Shown here in pieces: positions 28,276 through 36,646 of a stretch of 64,000 nt of DNA. Numbering within the stretch: position 1 is the stretch's first letter; each line of letters opens with the position of its first letter. Under the pieces are notes generated by a model that did not search any database, had not been told where the DNA came from, and saw only the letters and a program-made list of their open reading frames with translations. Both the position numbers and the translations under genes were made by a program. The DNA is taken from contig JASGFC010000006.1 of the NCBI GenBank assembly GCA_047605865.1, forward strand, positions 145 through 64,144. Direction: 5' to 3'. Origin of the DNA: Micrococcaceae bacterium (GTDB lineage: Bacteria; Actinomycetota; Actinomycetes; Actinomycetales; Micrococcaceae).

Positions 28276-28957
28276 TTTCGTTCGATTCTTTTCTGGTTCT
28301 TCTTATTTCAAGATAAATTGCGGTTGCAGCTATAAGTGCAATACCAACCATAATCCATTCAATATTATGCCTCACCCATGGGAAACGTCCAAGATAATAC
28401 CCCGCGAGCACGATACTCGGACACCATAGTATGGCAGAAATTAAGTTGAAAAATGCAAATTTTTTATAGTTCATATTGCTGATACCAGCAAAGCTGGAAG
28501 CGAAAGTCCTTACAACAGCCACGAAACGAGCAAGAACAAGAGCACTACCTCCACGTTTTTCAAAGAAATTATGACTTTTCTTGATAAATTCTGGTTTAAT
28601 CCATCGTGACTTTGGATTATTAATAAGGCTAGGGCCAGCTTTGTTACCAAGGTAATATCCGAAGTGGCCGCCTAAGTCTGCGGCAAGAGCTAACACTAGG
28701 CAAACAAGCAGAGGGGGGTAGTGTACCTTTCCGGTAGCCATTAAAAGCCCAAGGGTAAATAAGAGCGAATCTCCTGGTAAGATAACGCCAAAAGGAACAG
28801 AAACTTCAAAGAAAATAATGAGGAAGAGCCCAAGTAATAGCCAAGGTCCCATGGCGTGGATTAAATGTCGTGGATCAAATAATTCACTAAGACCACCATG
28901 AGGAGGAGGGGCTGTTGTTGCCAAAGCAAGGCTAAAACTATGGATGAGGCTGTGCAT
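28262..28957 (-). CDS. DedA-family membrane protein (paralogue 1)
   Basis: FEVSVPFGVILPGDSLLF, GNKAGP, FVAVVRTFASSFAGIS. Diverged paralogue of 27279-27980. Confidence 0.88.
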   Translation of the reverse strand: MHSLIHSFSLALATTAPPPHGGLSELFDPRHLIHAMGPWLLLGLFLIIFFEVSVPFGVILPGDSLLFTLGLLMATGKVHYPPLLVCLVLALAADLGGHFGYYLGNKAGPSLINNPKSRWIKPEFIKKSHNFFEKRGGSALVLARFVAVVRTFASSFAGISNMNYKKFAFFNLISAILWCPSIVLAGYYLGRFPWVRHNIEWIMVGIALIAATAIYLEIRRTRKESNENGNY

Positions 28958-28980
28958 AAATTAAGTATATCCTGTCTGTG

Positions 28981-29682
28981 TTATAAATCGCTGGCATCGC
29001 CAGGTTTTGCTACCCCTAGTTCATAGGCTAAGACAGCAGCTTGGACTCTATCTCTAACACCAAGTTTATTTAAAATATGACCGACATGGGTTTTGATGGT
29101 GGCTTCTGATAAAAAGAATTCTTCAGCTAATTCAGTGTTTGATTTACCTTGCGAGATTCCAGTGAAGACTTGCATTTCTCGTGGTGAAAGAATTTCTTCA
29201 ACGTATTGCTTTTGAGCTATACGGTCTTGATTTTTATCTAGTAATGGAGAGACATGTTCAAGCAGGCGTTTAGTGGTTGAAGGTGCAATAACAGCATCTC
29301 CACTATACACAGTGCGTACTGCTTCTAATAAATCTTCTGGTGGAGCATCTTTGAGTAAGAAACCACTTGCCCCTGCTTGAATTGCAGCAAGGGAGTATTC
29401 ATCTAGGTCAAAAGTGGTTAGCATGACAACTTTAAGATGTGGGGATTGATATTTTTCTGGGTGCGAAAGCAACTCTGAGCAACATTCAATGCCGTTCATA
29501 ACAGGCATACGGATATCCATTAACACTACATCTGCTGGAATTTTTTTCAAGAGCTCTAAAGCTTCTGCACCAGTCTCAGCTTCTCCAACTACCTTTAAAT
29601 CTTCTTGAGAGTTAATAAGCATGGCAAAGCCACTACGGAGCAACGCTTGATCGTCAACGAGGACTACTCTAATTTTTTCCAT
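28981..29682 (-). CDS. Response regulator, NarL/LuxR family
   Basis: REC domain (VLVDDQ, DVVLMDIRMP) plus LuxR HTH (REMQVFTGISQGKSNTELAEEFFLSEATIKTHVGHILNKLGV). TAATG overlap with the kinase. Confidence 0.93.
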   Translation of the reverse strand: MEKIRVVLVDDQALLRSGFAMLINSQEDLKVVGEAETGAEALELLKKIPADVVLMDIRMPVMNGIECCSELLSHPEKYQSPHLKVVMLTTFDLDEYSLAAIQAGASGFLLKDAPPEDLLEAVRTVYSGDAVIAPSTTKRLLEHVSPLLDKNQDRIAQKQYVEEILSPREMQVFTGISQGKSNTELAEEFFLSEATIKTHVGHILNKLGVRDRVQAAVLAYELGVAKPGDASDL

Positions 29683-30920
29683 TAAGAAATTCCTATCTTG
29701 CTGTAGGGGATAAAGGATTCAACTTCAAAGCCTCCAGTTGCTTTTGGCCCTGCTTTGACCCAACCATCATAGAGACTGGCACGTTCTTTCATCCCACAAA
29801 TTCCCTGCTGCGAACCAAGTTGTTTGCTAAATTGATTGCCAGATCCAAGGCCATCATCAGAAATTTTCATCCAGATTCCATCCTTATTCCATGCAAGGTG
29901 TGCTGTAGCTTTTGCATCAAGGCCGGCATGTTTCAAAATATTAGTAAAGGCTTCTTGAAAGATACGATAAGCAGTCAATGAAGCTCCAGAAGAAAGCGTT
30001 CCTGACGGGCGTCCAGTTTCTTGAAAATCTATTTCTAAGCCGGAAAGTTTTGTGGTTTCAACAAGTTCAGGTAATTCAGCAAGTGAAGGAGCTGGGGTAG
30101 TTTCTATTTCTTCATCAGAACGTAAAATGCCAATAAGCTTTCGCATCTCTTGTAAAGAATGACGTCCAGTTTCTGAAATAACGCCTAAAGTATGAGCAGC
30201 AGTGTCAGGTTCTTTATCTACGATGTATCGTGCACCATCAGCTTGTGCAATGATGACAGAGAGCGAATGCGCAATGATATCGTGCATTTCACGAGCAATA
30301 CGGGAGCGTTCATCTGCTCCAGCAAGTTTACGTTCTTGCTCTTTTTCAAATTCGAGTCTTGTTGCTTTGTCTTTTAATTCTTGAAGTACGGCTCTTCTAG
30401 CGCTGACCCAATTTCCAGACACCCAAGCAAGCAAAACTATACTTGATTGGAAGATGCCCCAGAAGATTTTTTCTTCAAGAGAGGCTATATAGATATCATC
30501 AGAGATCCCATGGCTTGAAATGGCAGAATATATTGCGCCAAGCAAACCCAAAACTAGAGCTATACGACTGAATTTTTTTGTACAGTAAACAGCCATAGAG
30601 TAAATCATGACAGCTGCTGAAGCATTGGTAGGCAGCACTGGCATATTCACAAAGATATGAATGAAATTTGCCGCTGCAACCACAAGTCCCACAATGGCAG
30701 TGTGTTTTCTGCGCCAAATCATAGGTAACCATTCAAAAGAAATAACAAGAATAGCCACCAGAGCAGGTACATGGCTAGTAGGAGCACTTTCATGTGGATG
30801 TGTGAAACTAAAAATCTCAGGCAACCCAATAGTTAAGAAAAATGGCACAACCCATAAGGCATCAGTTTCAACGGGATGATTACTAGCCCATTGCTTTAAA
30901 GTCGTGTGTGGTTTGCTCAT
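29682..30920 (-). CDS. Sensor histidine kinase, HisKA_3 (LiaS/DesK-like), intramembrane-sensing type
   Basis: About 5 N-terminal TM helices with no sizeable extracytoplasmic loop. H-box REMHDIIAHSLSVI. HATPase_c (FQEAFTNILKHAG, DDGLGSG). Confidence 0.9.
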   Translation of the reverse strand: MSKPHTTLKQWASNHPVETDALWVVPFFLTIGLPEIFSFTHPHESAPTSHVPALVAILVISFEWLPMIWRRKHTAIVGLVVAAANFIHIFVNMPVLPTNASAAVMIYSMAVYCTKKFSRIALVLGLLGAIYSAISSHGISDDIYIASLEEKIFWGIFQSSIVLLAWVSGNWVSARRAVLQELKDKATRLEFEKEQERKLAGADERSRIAREMHDIIAHSLSVIIAQADGARYIVDKEPDTAAHTLGVISETGRHSLQEMRKLIGILRSDEEIETTPAPSLAELPELVETTKLSGLEIDFQETGRPSGTLSSGASLTAYRIFQEAFTNILKHAGLDAKATAHLAWNKDGIWMKISDDGLGSGNQFSKQLGSQQGICGMKERASLYDGWVKAGPKATGGFEVESFIPYSKIGIS

Positions 30921-30933
30921 ATAATCACTGTAC

Positions 30934-30953
30934 TTCTTTTGTGTTTCTTTTGT
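30934..30953. promoter_or_regulatory. Tandem direct repeat in the kinase/FAH divergent promoter region
   Basis: TTCTTTTGT-gt-TTCTTTTGT, 11-nt period, inside the 65-nt divergent gap. Confidence 0.4.
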
Positions 30954-30985
30954 TTCATTCTCAAGTATGATTTACGATTAGATAT

Positions 30986-31759
30986 ATGCGAATAGCCCGT
31001 TTTACCTATGAAGATACTCCCATGTTTGGAGTTGTCCATGGATCAGATGATGATCCACAAATTGCTGTTATTAAGGGTGATCCACTCTACCAAGGTATTG
31101 AAACTACAGGCCAGACAGTCATGCTCAAAGATGTACGTTTACTAGCTCCTGTCATTCCTCGTTCCAAAGTAGTAGGTGTCGGTAAGAACTATCCTGCTCA
31201 TGCTCAAGAGCAAGGTTGTGAAGCACCCAAAACACCACTAATCTTTTTCAAGCCGAATACATCAGTTATTGGCAATGGAGACCCAATCCGTTATCCAAGT
31301 TATTCGAAACAAGTTTCCTACGAAGGTGAACTTGCTATCGTGATTTCTCGTATGTGCAAAGATGTTCCCAAAGAGCGAGTCAAAGATGTAATTTTTGGTT
31401 TTACCTGCGCTAATGATCTCACTGCTCGCGATGTCATGGACTGCGATGTGCAATGGACGCGTGCTAAAGGATTTGATGGTGCTTGCCCTTTAGGACCATG
31501 GATTGAAACAGAACTTGAAGATCCTGATAACGTTGAAATTCACACTTACGTAGACGGCACCTTGGTGCAAGAAGGTAAATCTAAAGAAATGGTGCACAAT
31601 ATTGCTGAAATCGTGAGTTTTGTGACAAGTGTGTGCACTTTGTTGCCAGGTGATGTCATTATTACCGGTTCTCCAGCTGGCATTGGCAAGCTTGAATCAG
31701 GTCAAGAAGTAGAAGTTGAAATTGAAGGGATTGGGGTTCTACGTAACCCTGTGATGTAA
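30986..31759 (+). CDS. Fumarylacetoacetate hydrolase-family protein
   Basis: FAH fold motifs [17 protein letters not shown] and [12 protein letters not shown]. Sits upstream of gltX as in other actinobacteria. Confidence 0.88.
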   Translation: MRIARFTYEDTPMFGVVHGSDDDPQIAVIKGDPLYQGIETTGQTVMLKDVRLLAPVIPRSKVVGVGKNYPAHAQEQGCEAPKTPLIFFKPNTSVIGNGDPIRYPSYSKQVSYEGELAIVISRMCKDVPKERVKDVIFGFTCANDLTARDVMDCDVQWTRAKGFDGACPLGPWIETELEDPDNVEIHTYVDGTLVQEGKSKEMVHNIAEIVSFVTSVCTLLPGDVIITGSPAGIGKLESGQEVEVEIEGIGVLRNPVM

Positions 31760-31764
31760 AGAGT

Positions 31765-33252
31765 ATGTCAACTATGAGCAATCAAAAAGTAAGAGTTCGT
31801 TTTTGTCCATCGCCAACAGGCCTACCACACGTAGGTTTGCTTCGTACAGCGTTGTTTAACTGGGCTTATGCCCGTCACACTCAGGGCACGATGATCTTCC
31901 GTATTGAAGATACAGACCAAGCACGTGATTCTCAAGAAAGCTACGAGATGCTTCTTGATGCAATGAAATGGCTCAACATTGACTGGGACGAAGGTGTTGA
32001 AGTTGGTGGACCACATGGCCCTTATCGCCAATCTGAACGTGGTGAAAAGTATCAAGAAGTTATCAAGAAACTGCTAGATAAAGGCTACCTTTACAAGTCT
32101 TATTCAACGCCAGCTGAAGTTGAAGATCGTCACAAGGCTGCTGGTAGAAATCCTAAACTTGGATACGATAATTTTGACCGCAACTTAAGTGATGAGCAAA
32201 TAAAAAGCTTTGAAAATGAAGGGCGTGAAGCTGTTCTTCGTTTCAAAATGCCAGATGAAGATATCACGTTTAATGATCTTGTTCGTGGGGAAGTAACTTT
32301 TAAAGCTGGTTCAGTTCCAGACTATGCTGTTGTTCGCGCAAATGGTCAGCCACTTTACACACTTGTTAACCCGACTGACGATGCACTCATGGATGTCACA
32401 CATGTGCTACGTGGTGAAGACCTGCTCTCATCTACTCCACGTCAGATAGCTTTGCATCGTGCTTTTGTTGATGTAGGAATCTCAGAGCAAGTACCAGAAT
32501 TTGGCCACTTGCCTTATGTCATGGGACAGGGCAATAAAAAGCTCTCGAAGCGCGATCCAGAATCGAACTTGTTTAATTATCGTGATCGTGGTTTCATCCC
32601 TGAAGGATTGTTGAACTACTTATCTTTATTAGGCTGGTCACTTAGCCCTGATGAAGATATTTTCACGATGGATCAAATGGTTAAAGCTTTTGATATCAAG
32701 GATGTTGTAGCAAATCCAGCACGATTTGATGTGAAGAAAGCTGAAGCAATTAATGCTACGCATTTGAGGATGCTGGAACCAGAAGATTATCGTAATCGTC
32801 TTATTCCTTACTTACAAAAAGGTGGAGTTTTAGGAAAAAACGTTTCAGATGAAGATCTTAAAAAACTTGACGCTGCTGTTCCTCTTGTGCAAGAACGCAT
32901 GAACCTATTGGATGAAGCGCCAGATATGCTTGGTTTCTTATTTGCCAACGATGAGGATATTAAAATTCAAGATGATGCTATGAAAGGCATGCCTGAAAAC
33001 TTAGCTGAAGTTCTTGATGCTGGTACCAAAGCACTTGAAAATGTTGATAAGTGGAATACTGATAACATCCAGCAAGCGCTGCGCAGCGCCCTTATCGAAG
33101 ATATGGGATTAAAGCCTCGGCTAGCCTTTGGACCTTTCCGTACTGCGCTAAGTGGGCGCAGAATTTCACCACCATTGTTTGAATCAATGGAAATTCTTGG
33201 TAAAGACAGCACTCTGAACCGTATTCAGCAGTTTAAGGAAGCGAAAGCATAA
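31765..33252 (+). CDS. gltX: Glutamate--tRNA ligase
   Basis: Class I HIGH variant [10 protein letters not shown] and KMSKS variant KLSKR. Full-length GluRS. Confidence 0.95.
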   Translation: MSTMSNQKVRVRFCPSPTGLPHVGLLRTALFNWAYARHTQGTMIFRIEDTDQARDSQESYEMLLDAMKWLNIDWDEGVEVGGPHGPYRQSERGEKYQEVIKKLLDKGYLYKSYSTPAEVEDRHKAAGRNPKLGYDNFDRNLSDEQIKSFENEGREAVLRFKMPDEDITFNDLVRGEVTFKAGSVPDYAVVRANGQPLYTLVNPTDDALMDVTHVLRGEDLLSSTPRQIALHRAFVDVGISEQVPEFGHLPYVMGQGNKKLSKRDPESNLFNYRDRGFIPEGLLNYLSLLGWSLSPDEDIFTMDQMVKAFDIKDVVANPARFDVKKAEAINATHLRMLEPEDYRNRLIPYLQKGGVLGKNVSDEDLKKLDAAVPLVQERMNLLDEAPDMLGFLFANDEDIKIQDDAMKGMPENLAEVLDAGTKALENVDKWNTDNIQQALRSALIEDMGLKPRLAFGPFRTALSGRRISPPLFESMEILGKDSTLNRIQQFKEAKA

Positions 33253-33353
33253 AGGCTACTTAGATGTAACGTAGCAAGCATCGGTTTTGTATTCTAAGTA
33301 CTTGTAACTGCATATTTTACTGCTGGTGTGATCGTCAGAGATTTCGCAATGAA

Positions 33354-33382
33354 TTGAAAAAGCTGTAAAAACTCGGTACAGT
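33354..33382 (+). promoter_or_regulatory. Candidate sigma70-type promoter of tRNA-Gln
   Basis: -35 TTGAAA (33354-33359), 17-nt spacer, -10 TACAGT (33377-33382). Confidence 0.45.
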
Positions 33383-33388
33383 TGTTTC

Positions 33389-33404
33389 TGTTGATATTTC
33401 AACA
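33389..33404 (+). promoter_or_regulatory. tRNA-Gln leader palindrome
   Basis: TGTTGA-TATT-TCAACA, 6 nt after the -10 and 1 nt before the tRNA 5' end. Confidence 0.7.
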
Positions 33405-33405
33405 T

Positions 33406-33480
33406 TGGCCTATGGTGTAATTGGCAACACATCGGTTTCTGGTACCGACATTCTAGGTTCGAGTCCTGGTAGGCCAGCCA
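33406..33480 (+). tRNA. tRNA-Gln (anticodon CTG), CCA encoded
   Basis: Acceptor TGGCCTA/TAGGCCA, anticodon stem TCGGT/ACCGA with loop TTCTGGT, T-loop TTCGAGT, 3' GCCA. Confidence 0.92.
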
Positions 33481-33572
33481 AATACCCTCTAGATTTCAGC
33501 TTATACGGCTGGTCTAGGGGGTTACTTTGTATTTATTCAGAGCTCGGTTTAAGCCAAAAAAGTACTTCACGC

Positions 33573-33618
33573 CTTTTGGTTATCTTCGTGAGAAAAAGCT
33601 CACGGAGATAACCAAAAG
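33573..33618. repeat. Palindrome, family copy 2 (42/46 identical to the core of 14058-14103)
   Basis: CTTTTGGTTATCTTCGTGAG-aaaaag-CTCACGGAGATAACCAAAAG. Differences from copy 1 include one compensatory T-A to C-G pair and one A-T to G.T change. Confidence 0.88.
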
Positions 33619-33713
33619 TAGCGTACTAATTGAGATTTAAGGTGTCTGCCATCTCTGCTTGAGTATAGTTGAGATAGTTACTTTTTAAGCGAACGTTTGA
33701 CAAAGGAAGAACC

Positions 33714-34901
33714 ATGCAGTTTGGAATTTTCGGAATTGGTGATATCGCACCAGATCCCACAACAGGAATACCTCGTTCCGAAGCGCAACGTATCAAAGAT
33801 ATCGTCGCAATAGCCAAAGCTGCGGATGAAGCTGGATTAGATGTTTTTGCAACTGGAGAACACCATAATCCGCCTTTTGTTGTATCCTCTCCACCAGCAT
33901 TACTTTCTTACATTGCCGCTGAAACTGAACGTATTATCTTATCAACTTCTGTGACTTTAATTACCACCAATGATCCTGTCAAGATTGCCGAAGATTATGC
34001 TTTTGTACAGCACCTTGCTGAAGGGCGTTTAGATCTGATGATTGGTCGTGGAAACACCGTGCCTGTTTACCCATGGTTTGGTCAAGATATTAGAAACGGT
34101 GTGCCACTTGCTTTGGAAAACTATAACTTACTCCACAAACTGTGGGCAGAAGATATCGTGGACTGGGAAGGTCACTTTCGCACTCCTTTGCAGGGCTTTA
34201 CTTCTGTTCCGAGACCACTTGATGGTGTGCCTCCTTTTGTCTGGCATGGTGCTATTAGAACTCCTGAAGTAGCTGAGCAGGCAGCTTACTACGGAAATGG
34301 TTACTTTGCTAATAATATTTTGGCGCCAAACTTTCACTTTAAACCACTGGTTGAGCTTTATCGAAAACGGTATGAACATTATGGACACGGTAGAGCAGAA
34401 GATGCCATCGTAGGTTTGGGTGGACAAGCGTTCATTGCCAAAAAATCACAAGATGCATACAAACAATTTCGCCCATATTTTGAAAATTATCCTATGTTTA
34501 AAGGATTAACCCTAGAACAATATGCACAAGATACGCCACTTTCTGTTGGATCACCACAAGAAGTCATTGATAAGACTATGACTTTCCGTGAAGGCTTCGG
34601 TGATTATCAACGCCAACTCTGGCTACTTGATATTGGCACGATACCAGTAGAAATTGTCCTAGAACAAATTGAGCTACTTGCTAGTGAAGTAGTGCCAGTA
34701 TTGCGTAAAGAAATGTCAAAACATCGTGCTGCAGGCATTCCAGATGCTCCAACTCATGAATCTTTGGTGCAAGAAAAATATGGTACTGCAGAACCGCGCC
34801 AAGCAAGGCCGCGCCCTAATAGTGGAGATAATACTTCTGGACCACTGCCTTACACGGACAGTGATCCAGATAATCCAGCACATATGCCGAGGTTCATATG
34901 A
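33714..34901 (+). CDS. LLM-class (luciferase-like) flavin-dependent oxidoreductase
   Basis: Luciferase-like TIM-barrel pattern (MQFGIFGIG ... ATGEHHN ... LDLMIGRGN). Proline-rich C-terminal tail. Confidence 0.85.
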   Translation: MQFGIFGIGDIAPDPTTGIPRSEAQRIKDIVAIAKAADEAGLDVFATGEHHNPPFVVSSPPALLSYIAAETERIILSTSVTLITTNDPVKIAEDYAFVQHLAEGRLDLMIGRGNTVPVYPWFGQDIRNGVPLALENYNLLHKLWAEDIVDWEGHFRTPLQGFTSVPRPLDGVPPFVWHGAIRTPEVAEQAAYYGNGYFANNILAPNFHFKPLVELYRKRYEHYGHGRAEDAIVGLGGQAFIAKKSQDAYKQFRPYFENYPMFKGLTLEQYAQDTPLSVGSPQEVIDKTMTFREGFGDYQRQLWLLDIGTIPVEIVLEQIELLASEVVPVLRKEMSKHRAAGIPDAPTHESLVQEKYGTAEPRQARPRPNSGDNTSGPLPYTDSDPDNPAHMPRFI

Positions 34902-35617
34902 GTTTAGAAGAAGCACCATTCCGGCTTGTTGCACTGAGCGCAGGAACATCAGAGCCTTCAACAAGCAGAATGTTAGTGGATAGAGCAGCACAAGCCACTT
35001 CAACTCACTTGAAAGAAAGTGGGTGCAACATTTCAATAGCTGTTATAGAACTAGCGCCTATGGCAGCAGAGATTGCGCAAAGCTTAGTGACAGGCTTTCC
35101 ACAGGAAAAAGTACAGCAGGCTATTGAAAAAGTAGCTCAAGCTGATGCAGTTATCGTGGCAACACCAGTTTATAAGGCAGGAATAAGTGGGCTCTTTAAG
35201 TCTTTTATTGATTTACTTGATAATGATTTGCTAGTGGCAAAACCAGTATTATTAACGGCAACAGCTGGAACTGCACGTCATGCCATGGTTATTGACGAAC
35301 AAATGCGTCCACTCTTTGCTTTCTTGAGAACACTCACTGCACCAACTTCTGTATTTGCAGCCCCTGAAGACTGGGGATCAGCAGAACTTGGTCAAAGAAT
35401 TGACAGAGCTGCCTTCGAAATGGCTACCTTAATTTCCTCACGTGTAGGCAGCACGATTGCTGAAAGTGGGTGGTCAAAATACCAGCATCAATTCGCAGGA
35501 AATGCTACCCGCTCAGAACGTACAAGTGAAGATACTGATTTCACTACAGATTTAATGAAATTGGCTCGTGGACAAAGCTTAAGTAGCCAAAGTTTCAAGA
35601 ATAGTAAAGACAAGTAG
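34898..35617 (+). CDS. NADPH-dependent FMN reductase (LLM-partnered type)
   Basis: Flavodoxin-like FMN_red pattern (LVALSAGTSEPSTSR ... ATPVYKAGISGLFKSF). ATGA overlap with the LLM gene. Confidence 0.82.
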   Translation: MSLEEAPFRLVALSAGTSEPSTSRMLVDRAAQATSTHLKESGCNISIAVIELAPMAAEIAQSLVTGFPQEKVQQAIEKVAQADAVIVATPVYKAGISGLFKSFIDLLDNDLLVAKPVLLTATAGTARHAMVIDEQMRPLFAFLRTLTAPTSVFAAPEDWGSAELGQRIDRAAFEMATLISSRVGSTIAESGWSKYQHQFAGNATRSERTSEDTDFTTDLMKLARGQSLSSQSFKNSKDK

Positions 35618-35633
35618 TACTGGCTGAAAACTT

Positions 35634-35662
35634 TTGTTAGATAGGGAAGTTTAGTGTACTAT
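35634..35662 (+). promoter_or_regulatory. Candidate sigma70-type promoter of tRNA-Glu
   Basis: -35 TTGTTA (35634-35639), 17-nt spacer, -10 TACTAT (35657-35662). Confidence 0.45.
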
Positions 35663-35668
35663 TGAAAC

Positions 35669-35695
35669 GTTGTTATTACAACAGCGAAGCTGTTG
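35669..35695 (+). promoter_or_regulatory. tRNA-Glu leader palindromes (two overlapping, mutually exclusive)
   Basis: GTTGT-TATT-ACAAC (35669-35682) shares its 3' arm with CAACAGC-gaa-GCTGTTG (35679-35695). Confidence 0.65.
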
Positions 35696-35704
35696 ATAAC
35701 TTAC

Positions 35705-35777
35705 GGCCCCTTCGTCTAGCGGCCTAGGACGTCGCCCTCTCACGGCGGTAACACGGGTTCAAATCCCGTAGGGGTCA
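35705..35777 (+). tRNA. tRNA-Glu (anticodon CTC)
   Basis: Acceptor GGCCCCT/AGGGGTC, D-arm GTCT/GGAC, anticodon stem TCGCC/GGCGG with loop CTCTCAC, T-arm ACGGG-TTCAAAT-CCCGT. Confidence 0.92.
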
Positions 35778-35783
35778 CAACTA

Positions 35784-35826
35784 AGCCTCAACCCCCTTGT
35801 TTTTTAGGGTGTTGAGGTTATTATTT
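35784..35826 (+). terminator. Intrinsic terminator after tRNA-Glu
   Basis: CCTCAACCCCC ... GGGTGTTGAGG (one mismatch) followed by TTATTATTTT. Confidence 0.65.
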
Positions 35827-35923
35827 TGTGCACATGAGTGCTCTCGCATAGGAGAGTAGCTTGGATAGTTGTTGATACTTCATAAGTTACACTAAGGCTA
35901 GAGGAAACTATGAAGGGCTCGGT

Positions 35924-36646
35924 ATGGAAGAACCACAACCTCATCTGCAATTAACAGCTGCGATGGTGGACACTGATAAAGCTATTATTATGGGTGATCC
36001 AGCACGTGTTGATACAATTTCTAAACTCATGGATGAGCCGAAAAATTTAGCATACAATCGTGAATTTAAATCAGTCGTTGGTAGTTACCAAGGTGAAAGA
36101 ATCCTTGCTCTTTCAACAGGGGTTGGTGCACCTTCAGCAGGTATAGCTATTGAAGAGTTACACAATATTGGAATTAAAAGTATTATTCGTGTCGGTTCTG
36201 CAGGTGCATTACAAAAAAATATTCAACTAGGGGATTTAGTTATTGCGGAAGGCGTAGTACGCGATGATGGACTTACCGCAAAGTATGTACCAGAAATATA
36301 TCCTGCTGTGCCTGCTTTTAAGCTCATGACCTTAGCTAGAAAGTTCGCTTCAGAAGCCCATTATGGAATCGTTCGTTCTCACGATGGCTTTTATATGGAT
36401 GATGTTTCTGAGCAAGAAAAGTTCTGGTCTTTAAAGGGCGTACTTGCTGACGATATGGAATCCGGTGCTTTAATGGTTATTGGTAGACAACGCGGTCTAG
36501 ATACTTTATCAATTCTAAACAATGTGGTGCTTTATCAAGGTGATTTATCTGAAGGGGTCAATGATTTAGTCTCTGGAGACAACGTTGTTGCCCAAGGTGA
36601 AGAAAAATCATTAAAGTTAGCGTTAAAAATTTTAAGCAGCATGTAA
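35924..36646 (+). CDS. Nucleoside phosphorylase, PNP/UDP family 1 (uridine phosphorylase-like)
   Basis: HLQLT ... AIIMGDPARVDTISKLM aligns with the E. coli Udp N-terminus. STGVGAPSAGIAIEEL and RVGSAGAL motifs. ESGAL near the C-terminus. Confidence 0.85.
   Translation: MEEPQPHLQLTAAMVDTDKAIIMGDPARVDTISKLMDEPKNLAYNREFKSVVGSYQGERILALSTGVGAPSAGIAIEELHNIGIKSIIRVGSAGALQKNIQLGDLVIAEGVVRDDGLTAKYVPEIYPAVPAFKLMTLARKFASEAHYGIVRSHDGFYMDDVSEQEKFWSLKGVLADDMESGALMVIGRQRGLDTLSILNNVVLYQGDLSEGVNDLVSGDNVVAQGEEKSLKLALKILSSM

Noticed and set aside
33405-33611. ORF-track entry of 68 aa on the plus strand.
   Set aside because: It is built entirely from the tRNA-Gln gene, its terminator and the palindromic element, so it is not coding.
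35910-35954. 14-codon upstream ORF (MKGSVWKNHNLICN) with a good GAGGA SD, overlapping the start of the nucleoside phosphorylase gene in another frame.
   Set aside because: The phosphorylase N-terminus from ATG 35924 aligns well with Udp proteins, so the main call stands. The uORF could be regulatory, but a single short frame is not evidence.
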